Part shown: positions 54,770 to 64,000 of the stretch, piece after piece
Position numbering within the stretch: the first letter of the stretch is position 1
Layout of the letters: every line of letters begins with the position of its first letter
Source of the DNA: Eledone cirrhosa
Taxonomy: Eukaryota
NCBI GenBank assembly: GCA_964016885.1
Contig: OZ024745.1
Coordinates: forward strand, 10,788,001 to 10,852,000
Direction of reading: 5' to 3'
Length of the DNA stretch: 64,000 nucleotides
Made by a program: the position numbers and the translations under genes
The notes under the pieces: generated by a model
Database searches by the model: none
Seen by the model: the letters and a program-made list of their open reading frames with translations, nothing else
Told to the model about the DNA's origin: nothing

Positions 54770-56592
54770 ACCACGCCACCACCACCACACCACCACCACA
54801 CCACCACCACCACCACACCACCACCACCACTATCAGTACCACCACCACCACACCGCCACCACCACCACACCACCACCACCACTATCAGTACCATCACCAC
54901 CACACCACCATCACCACCATCATCACACCACCACCACCACCACTATCAGTACCACCACCACCACACCACCACACCACCACCACCACTATCAGTACCACCA
55001 CCACCACACCACCACACCACCACCACCACTATCAGTACCACCACCACCACACCACCACACCACCACCACCACTATCAGTACCACCACCACCACACCACCA
55101 CACCACCACTACCACTATCAGTACCACCACCACCACACCACCACCACCACCACTATCAGTACCACCACCACCACACCACCACACCACCACCACCACTATC
55201 AGTACCATCACCACCACACCACCACCACCACCACCACTATCAGTAGCATCACCACCACCACACCACCATCACCACACCACCACCACCACCACTATCAGTA
55301 CCACCACCACCAGACCGCCACCACCACCACCGTCGCCACCACCACTATCAGTACCATCACCACCACCATCACCACACCACTACCACCACCACTATCAGTA
55401 CCATCACCACCACACCACCATCACCACCACCACCACCACCATCGCCACCACCACTATCAGTACCATCACCACACCACCACCACCACCACACCTCCACCAC
55501 CACCACCACCACCACCACTATCAGTACCATCACCACACCACCACCACCACCACCACACCTCCACCACCACCACCACCACCACTATCAGTACCATCACCAC
55601 CACCACCACCACCACCACCACCACACCACCACCACCACCACCACACCACCACCACCACCACCACACCACCACACCACCATCACCACACCACCACCTTGGA
55701 TCGATTCCAAACCGCCAATATCTCCACACATTCTTTATACTCCTACATTTACCCCCCCATCACTAACCCCCCCCCCCCCCAACCACCACCACCACCACCA
55801 CCACCACCACCACCACCACCACCACCACCACCACCACCACCACACAGTCCTATATTTTTTATATGTTTTTTCTAAAAATGTTTTTCTCATTCATTCTTTT
55901 TTTCTATCTTATTCTTTCTCTTTGAAAACACACACACATACATACACAACATACACATACATACACAACACACACATACATACACAACACACACATACAT
56001 ACACAACATACACATACATACACAACACACACATACATACACAACACACACATACATACACAACACACACATACATACACAACATACACATACATACACA
56101 ACACACACATACATACACAACACACACATACATACACAACACACACATACATACACAACACACACATACATACACAACACACACATACATACACAACACA
56201 CACATACATACACAACATACACATACATACACAACACACACATACATACACAACACACACATACATACACAACATACACATACATACACAACACACACAT
56301 ACATACACAACACACACATACATACACAACACACACATACATACACAACACACACATACATACACAACATACACATACATACACAACACACACATACATA
56401 CACAACACACACATACATACACAACACACACATACATACACAACACACACATACATACACAACATACACATACATACACAACACACACATACATACACAA
56501 CACACACATACATACACAACACACACATACATACACAACATACACATACATACACAACATACACATACATACACACACATATATACATATAT

Positions 56593-56639
<47 letters not shown>

Positions 56640-56644
56640 CATAC

Positions 56645-56677
<33 letters not shown>

Positions 56678-56760
56678 TACATATATGTATATATATGTAT
56701 ATATATGTATATATATGTATATATATGTATATATATGTATATATATGTATGTATGTGCGT
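54770..56760. repeat. (CCA)n-derived tract, then an 18-bp CA-rich minisatellite and AT-rich repeats
   Basis: Directly visible. Confidence 0.92.
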
Positions 56761-57029
56761 GTGTGCGTATGTATTCTTGAATATATATATGTGCATTCTT
56801 GAATAGTTTCAGACGTCAACACAATATCTCCCCTCCCCCTCTCTCACACACACTCCCCCTCTCTCACACACACTCCCCCCTCTCTCACACACACACACTC
56901 CCCTTATACTTACATTCATTCATACATGAAGTGTGTACATGCACATGTGAAAGTATCTCTACCAGTAGTACTATAGTAGTTTATAGTTAACAAGAACCAG
57001 TTATAGAATGAGAGAAACAGCAACGAATG

Positions 57030-57740
57030 TATTGCTAATATTTCCTCTAGTCCTCCGAGTTCAAATCTCACCTGGTTCAACTTACCTTTCATACCTGGTT
57101 CGTCAAATAAACAACAGGAGTTGATCAACTCCACCCTCTCAGCTCTTCTCAATAATTTTGATACGAAACTGTTTGAAACCACCCGCTATTTATGATACAA
57201 GGCTTCTCATTTTAAAATGCTTATCTTTATAATTGTTTCTAATATTGGTACAATGCCAGCCATTTTGGGGAGGAGTAAGTCGCTATTGGCAGAGTCTTTA
57301 GAATATCAGATAGAAGACTTTGTCTTATTTTTTTTTGAGGTTAACTTTGCCTTTCGAGATTCATAAAATAGTACCATTCTAATACTGGGGTCGATTCTTC
57401 AACTATATCTCTTTCTCATTTCCCTTCTCTCATTTTATATCCTTTTCTGGAAGAAATTTGCTGTATACTGTAGTCAGGCTTGGAGAGGACATGGAATCGG
57501 CCAGGTTATGTTCTAGAAACGCCATATGTCAATATGGCGCTCCACGACTCCCTCGGGAGTTACCAAACTACGCCAGGTCAATAAAGTCGACTCCAGTACT
57601 TGACTGGTACTTTATTGTATCAACTTCAGAAGGATGAAGGGCAAAACTGAACCCCATTGGATTTGAACTCAGAATATAACAGGGTTGTAACTACAAAGCA
57701 TTTTGTCTGACACTTTACCGATTCTGCCTATCCATCGCCT
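57030..57740. mobile_element. Cluster of degraded SINE copies (two on +, one on -)
   Basis: B-box GAGTTCAAATC near 57058; head plus tail at 57285-57565; reverse copy at about 57585-57740. Confidence 0.6.
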
Positions 57741-57884
57741 TTGTTTATCTTTATATTAAAACCTTCCATCATAAATTTATTGTAGAAATGTTTTAAATAT
57801 CAGCTTACCAATAAAAGACTTAGTTATTTCTATGAAATTCTTCCAAATGTTTGGTTAGTTCTAAAATTAATTGAAGCAAACAGG

Positions 57885-58778
57885 CAGTGTCTTTCACTAG
57901 AAATATGGTAATGAAAGGGTTCATGACAGACAGTGTCTTTCATTAGAAATATGGTAATGAAAGGGTTCATGACATAGACAGTGTCTTTCATTAGAAATAT
58001 GGTAACGAAAGGGTTAATGACATAGACAGTGTCTTTCACTAGAAATATGGTAATGAAAGGGTTAATGACATAGACAGTGTCTTTCACTAGAAATATGGTA
58101 ATGAAAGGGTTCATGACATAGACAGTGTCTTTCATTAGAAATATGGTAATGAAAGGGTTAAAGACATAGACAGTGTCTGTCTTTAGAAATATGGTAATGA
58201 AGGGGATAAAGACATAGACAGTGTCTGTCTTTAGAAATATGGTAATGAAAGGGTTAATGACATAGACAGGGTCTTTCATTAGAAATATGGCAATGAAAGG
58301 GTTCATGACATAGACAGTGTCTTTCATTAGAAATATGGCAATGAAAGGGTTAATGACATAGACAGTGTCTTTCATTAGAAATATGGTAATGAAATTGATA
58401 AAGACATAGACAGTGTCTTTCACTAGAAATATGGTAATGAAAGGGTTAATGACATAGACAGTGTCTTTCATTAGAAATATGGTAATGAAAGGGTTAATGA
58501 CATAGACAGTGTCTTTCATTAGAAATATGGTAATGAAAGGGTTAATGACATAGACAGTGTCTTTCATTAGAAATATGGTAATGAAATTGATAAAGACATA
58601 GACAGTGTCTTTCACTAGAAATATGGTAATGAAAGGGTTAATGACATAGACAGTGTCTTTCATTAGAAATATGGTAATGAAAGGGTTAATGACATAGACA
58701 GTGTCTTTCATTAGAAATATGGTAATGAAAGGGTTAATGACATAGACAGTGTCTTTCATTAGAAATATGGTAATGAAA
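57885..58778. repeat. 48-bp minisatellite, about 18 copies
   Basis: CAGTGTCTTTCATTAGAAATATGGTAATGAAAGGGTTAATGACATAGA in tandem; the 16-aa repeat ORF is an artefact. Confidence 0.96.
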
Positions 58779-58863
58779 TGTGATGTTGTGCTAATGTATA
58801 AAGTTAGTCTAAACGAGGAAATCGTCAGAGACAAATTCTTAATTTACAAATCTGCAGACTCAA

Positions 58864-61800
58864 TTTCCGAGCCCCCTTTAAAATATGTAGTGACCTATAC
58901 CATTCACTTAAATCATACTAAAAATTTTTCCCGAGGGCCGGAACCCCCCTTTGAGGATGGTCGAAAAGAAGGAAAAGTCCGCTATTATTGCACCTATACT
59001 CGATTTTTTTTCGTCACAAGGGGGGTTTTGGGGGGTCGATAAACTCATTTATGGTATTGTTTTTGAATTACGACCATACAATATGCCGGAAATCCAGGAT
59101 GCCGGATATGGGAAACTGTTATTGAACCAACTATATTGACTAATATATCATTTTTCATGAATGGCATATTTTAAACGCATTTCCGAAGACAAAATGAGCT
59201 TAACTCTTGTCTATGGTTTGAAAAAATTATTATTCATGATTCATTGGTACATTATCATTGGTTTATTTTAAATTATAATTGTTCAACAAGTGATCTAAAT
59301 TATCTTTAAAGTCCTGAACAGTAGCATCCGTTTTGCAGCTGACTTTCTCCAGATAAACCCTCAGATTTCGCACGTAAGTATCCACATTTAGTTTCCGATA
59401 ATTCCTTTTCAGTTTGAAAATGTCGTTGGTTTTTGGTATCGATAGCGAAGTGTCCCTTGCATATCTAATTTCTAAATACAACCTTTCTATTTTATCTGTT
59501 TCCGAAGCTGTATCGCTCTCCATATATGTATCTATCTCCTCCTTTTTAGTGAAAAGACCACCTACAGATTTTAGATAATCAAGGTCCTTGTTTCGTCGCT
59601 TGTCGGTGGCGATATTGGCATTTTCATTGGTTGCGAGGCCTTCGCGTGTCAACTCCTCCTGTCTTACAGTCCATGCTTTCATAATTTCAGGTATTTGGCC
59701 GCCTTTTCTAACCAACTTCCTGTATTTGACGAAAGACCCCGACTCATTTTTGATCAGGTTTTTAGCCTTCATCTTTACTTGAGATGAAGAAGTGGCGGCC
59801 AATTGTTTCGCGCCTCGGCGAGTCAATTCGTAATTAATAAAGCCCACGCTTCTTTCCGAATCGAGGTTGTGAATAGGCGCTTTTTCAAGTTTGGCAGTGT
59901 CCATCTTTGATAAGGCGTATGGAGAATCGCGAGCTTCTCCAAATCCGAATATGTCGCCCTTTTGCTTCTGGAAGCCATCACCCAAGTTCGGTAAGAGCAC
60001 CTTTATGACTTTGAGTACATCATCTCTCAACTCGCTGGTCGCCGCATTTATCGCATCGCACATTTCGTCATCATATCGGATCTGTCTGAAACGTTCTTCT
60101 GATACGAAACTCAAAGCTGGTTGGTCGGTAGATAATAATTTGCTGGGATCAATATGTATCAAATCGTCGTAGATCTTATTGAATGCTATCGCCAGTTTGG
60201 GATAGTCCGTCGCTTGTGCAGTCGGGAGTGATAAGAATGGCTCTACCAAATGTAATCCAATGATAGCTCCACTGCAGAACAACACCCGGAGGAAGTCCAT
60301 ATTCATGAAACAGTGCACTATGCACATGCTCGAATTTCTGAACGTATGCGGCTACATCGTCTAGGTGATACAGCGTAACTCACAAGTTATGGTAAACCGA
60401 TTGAACCGTTCATCTTTCAATGAAACGGACTTGTTTTTGCGTGGATGTATAAACGAGTCAAAGTCATTCACCTTGTTCCAATTTTGTGGTCGAAATCATG
60501 GCATATCAATCTTGTTATACAGTCGAGGGCTTGCTCTGTGACGCTTGAGGCATTAGTAGTTGCATTGACTAGAAAACTCGAGAAGATTTTGTCTCTACCA
60601 ATTTCGTTTTCAATTTCAGACCATAGCTTCGTCAAAACCCTGTTGAACATGAGGGAAGGATGAACATTACAGAAAAGGGGGTTTGGAACGTGTTCAGTCT
60701 CTAGTTTTTCAGCTAGGATCGCCTCAACCTCGAAATTGTGATGTCTGATCAGTTATCACAAAATCAATTTTTTCGAAGAGCAATTTGACGGGTACCTCAC
60801 GTGCAGCTTCTAGTATGGACAAAACAGCCAATGTTAAATCAGCCAAGTTCTGTCGCGATTCAGACGCTATCGGTAACTAGGCAGCGCTCTGTACTTTCCA
60901 CCAACTGTCATGCCCTGTACACTGAAAGATCCAACACCTTGTTTTTTGGACCCGTCTCGTGATAAGTAATCACCCTGTTGGTATCTGAAGACACGATTTC
61001 CTTAACTAGTCCAGTGCCATCATTTCAATACTTTTTCTGCTCTCTCGAATATTACGTTTATGAGGTAAAGTATCAAGATCGATCACGTCGATTTCGTTAT
61101 GTAACTTCTATTTCCTGTCAAACAATTTATTTCCAACAACAACTATCGCGGCATTAGCCTGATTTTCAGACATATGAGTTATGGATTTCAGTTCATCGAT
61201 AGTTTCGTATACTTCCGGCTTTATTATCCTCTCCCTGATTCGTAGGTGTCTGAAAGATGGGGGTAGAAGATCATCTCCGAAGTCCAATGACGCCACAACA
61301 TTACGTTTCTTAGGAACCGACGGAGCACTGTCAGATGAGAAATCAACGCCCGCAACTTGTTCGTTGTCTTCGGTAAAGTCCGAAGACACATCCATAAATA
61401 ATTGGATCATTTCTTGCTCTTTTTCAGCTCTCTGCATCTGTCTTTCCAAAGATTCAATGTCACTTTTCCTCCTTTTCATTGTCTTTTCCCACTTTTTATC
61501 TATGAAATTCTCACAAAACATTTCACGGTCCTTGCGCTGATCATGAAGGAATTCCCACTCATCGTCTGTCATGCTGACTCCGTGGTAATGTTCTAGTCTC
61601 TTCCTCACTACGGCCTTCTCGCACAATATATCAAATATATAATCCACTTCGTTGTTAAAGTTTTTAACCTCCTCCAAGTATTTTTCATTTCTCCTGTTCT
61701 TCCTCGTTTGATATAGTCGTTGAAATTCTGCATTTAATTGAAGTATTTTCCGTTTTATATGTTTTATTGTCACTGTATATACGTTACAGAAAATCCAGTG

Positions 61801-62450
61801 TTCTGATAGTACATATGAGAGGGACAATGCTGCTTCTTCTTTTGATCTCTGACTCTGGCCTGCTCGTGATGGTCGCATTAGATACATCATGTTCGTGATA
61901 ACATTCCTTTTTGTGGGTAGAAGTCCATTGGGGAATCCTGCAGTTTCCACATATTCCAGTTCATCGAGAATCTTCTTCGCAGACGATCGCAATGGTAGTT
62001 TTGTGTGCCTGTATGCCATTTCAAAACTTGGACGTTAATCTGAAAGAACGAAAGATATGGTGCATGTGAGATCACGGGGAAATACAGGTTCGGCTAAAGA
62101 AGGAAGCAATAACGAATTCGGTAGACGTTAAACATGAGAAACTATTTATTACATGAGACAACATAATTATTGTACCTGCCATATCGAATTTTGGTCGCTA
62201 TCCTGGATTTCCGGCATATTGGATGGTCGTAATGCAAATAAAATACCATAAATGAGTTTATCGACCCCCAAAACCCCCATTGTGACGAAAACATATCGAG
62301 TATAGGTGCAATAATAGCGGACTTTTCCTTCTTTTCGACCATCCTCAACTTCAGGGGGTATGTACAAGGGGTTCCGGCTCTCGGGAAAATTTTTAGTATG
62401 ATTTCAGTGAATGGTATGGGTCACTACATATTTTAAAGGGGGCCCGGAAA
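58864..62450 (-). mobile_element. Decayed cut-and-paste DNA transposon with ~240-bp TIRs (58864-59100 and 62200-62450); superfamily uncertain, Sola2-like by recollection
   Basis: Long inverted repeats enclose a single broken minus-strand reading frame; no TSD identified. Confidence 0.8.
59263..62019 (-). pseudogene. DDE-type transposase pseudogene (ORFs 61108-62019 and 59263-60327; middle frameshifted)
   Basis: Hand reading across frameshifts: TYH/DGSKKQG (D1), VITDQT/HN (D2), FCNVHP (CxxH), HNLDSERSVG (E). Confidence 0.7.
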
Positions 62451-62507
62451 AAATCCATATTTATTACCCCCCCCTATACTATTAGCATTGGTTTCTAAGC
62501 TGGGTTC

Positions 62508-62538
<31 letters not shown>

Positions 62539-62596
62539 TGTATGTATGTATGTATGTATGTATGTATGTATGTATGTATGTATGTATGTATGTATG

Positions 62597-62900
62597 TTTT
62601 CTCTTTCTCTTAATTTCGAGTATATTTTTTTGACCGGCCACCTTCCTGGTGGCAAGGTTGTAAAAGAAAAGAAATTGTCATCCCTTGAATCGCAAGAATG
62701 TTTTGTAAATTTTGAAGGTGCCAGCTATCGCAGCCATTTGTAGACTATGAATTAGGGAGCTGCGCTTTTTGTCCGCAAATCCAAGTTCAGTCATACTTTG
62801 GTCCAAGCAGGTTGGTATATAACCCGTAGCACCAATAATGATGGGTATGAAGCTAAAGGTATATCTTGGATACTGGATTTGTAAACTCCTCATCAATGGT
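62597..62900 (-). mobile_element. R4/Dong-like RLE LINE 3' end in (TATG)n
   Basis: YTFSFIPIIIGATGYIP..L....LGF...LQ.AAIAGT.KI.KTFL plus a short 3' UTR running into (ACAT)n. Confidence 0.75.
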
Positions 62901-62987
62901 CCGTAGATGTCCTCCTTCTCCTGTATGTATGTATGTATGTATGTATGTATGTATGTATGTATGTATGTATGTATGTATGTATGTTAT

Positions 62988-63596
62988 GTCAGGTCACCAG
63001 TTGGTGCTACTGGTAACATGTATCCCAGTACAACCTGTCTCATGGTCGAGTCGTTGGCGACTAAACTGGCAACCCCACCAAGGTTTCTTGGTGAGGAGGG
63101 TGACTTTGGACATCCTGCAGGACTAAAAACAAAACCTGTCAAAGGGAAAAGGAGCTCTTAAGAGTCAATGGCCATCCAAAATCACCGGGAGAGATGACCC
63201 CTTAGCCTTTGTCAAGGCAGAATTCTAGGAGAAGGAAAACTCTGATATAACACCTGCAACCCTGATGGTATCCAATGATGTCGACTTGTTCTTCTTTTTG
63301 ATAAATATCATCTTGGTTAAGAGAGTGGGACTGGCTTTGTGCAGTGCCTTTGCTCACTATAAAAGCTTCACGGCACAGGCATTGCTTTATATCTGGTGAT
63401 CTCTCTGCACTTGTCATCACATGGTACCATGGGCACAGCACTATGTGTCAGTAATTGTCACAAGTGTAGTGTTTGTACCAGAGTTTTCAAGTCGCTGGCT
63501 GGACTAAAAAGTCACACTCGTTCAGCGCATCGGTAGGGGTTCTCCTACATGGATATAAAGTAGTGACCGTACTCGAAAACGAGTTGGCAGCCACCA
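62988..63596 (+). mobile_element. ~610-bp non-coding dispersed element flanked by (TATG)n
   Basis: Near-identical to 39251-39860. Confidence 0.88.
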
Positions 63597-63662
63597 TGTA
63601 TGTATGTATGTATGTATGTATGTATGTATGTATGTATGTATGTATGTATGTATGTATGTATG

Positions 63663-64000
63663 TCTCTTTCTCTTAATTTCGAGTACATTTTTTTTGACCG
63701 GCCACCTTCCTGGTGGCAAGGTTGTAAAAGAAAAGAAATTGTCATCCCTTGAATCGCAAGAATGTTTTGCAAATTTTAAAGGTGCCAGCTATCGCAGCCA
63801 TTTGTAGACTATGAATTAGGGAGCTGCACTTTTTGTCCGCAAATCCAATTTCAGTCATACTTTGGTCCGTAGCTCCAATAATGATGGGTATGAAGCTAAA
63901 GGTGTATCTTGGATAATGGATTTGTAAACTCCTCATCAAGGTATTTTTCTGACAACGTTTACATCAAGTGGGCAGCTGATCTCCACAACAGAACACGTTT
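63663..64000 (-). mobile_element. Second R4/Dong-like LINE 3' end (runs off the window)
   Basis: Near-identical to 62597-62900 with a 21-bp deletion. Confidence 0.78.

Noticed and set aside
57830-58834. 334-aa hydrophobic repeat ORF
   Set aside because: 48-bp minisatellite; no independent coding evidence.

Overview
Eukaryotic, AT-rich, gene-poor window that is almost entirely repeats. The SINE families and microsatellite landscape suggest an octopus or other coleoid cephalopod genome; this is inference from remembered repeat families and was not verified. No host protein-coding gene could be supported, and most ORFs in the track are translations of micro- or minisatellites. Supported content: (1) about 10 satellite/minisatellite arrays. 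(2) A complete non-autonomous LTR retrotransposon with two ~352-bp LTRs, a 4-bp TSD and an abnormally long tRNA-Trp-like PBS. (3) L1/Tx1-type LINE fragments stacked in (TATC)n. (4) R4/Dong-like RLE LINE 3' ends and a ~610-bp non-coding element in (TATG)n. (5) At least four Penelope-like (GIY-YIG) retroelement remnants in (AT)n, with several minimal hammerhead ribozymes. (6) Three non-autonomous Helitrons plus a RepHel fragment. (7) A hAT-type MITE with an 8-bp TSD. (8) A decayed ~3.6-kb TIR DDE transposon. The most striking signal is a set of fold-back palindromes built from Penelope-like sequence: a 3.7-kb inverted duplication whose spacer and right arm encode a GIY-YIG domain missed by the ORF track, and a 390-bp near-perfect palindrome carrying a hammerhead on each strand. 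Different retroelement clades also appear to be partitioned into different microsatellite motifs.
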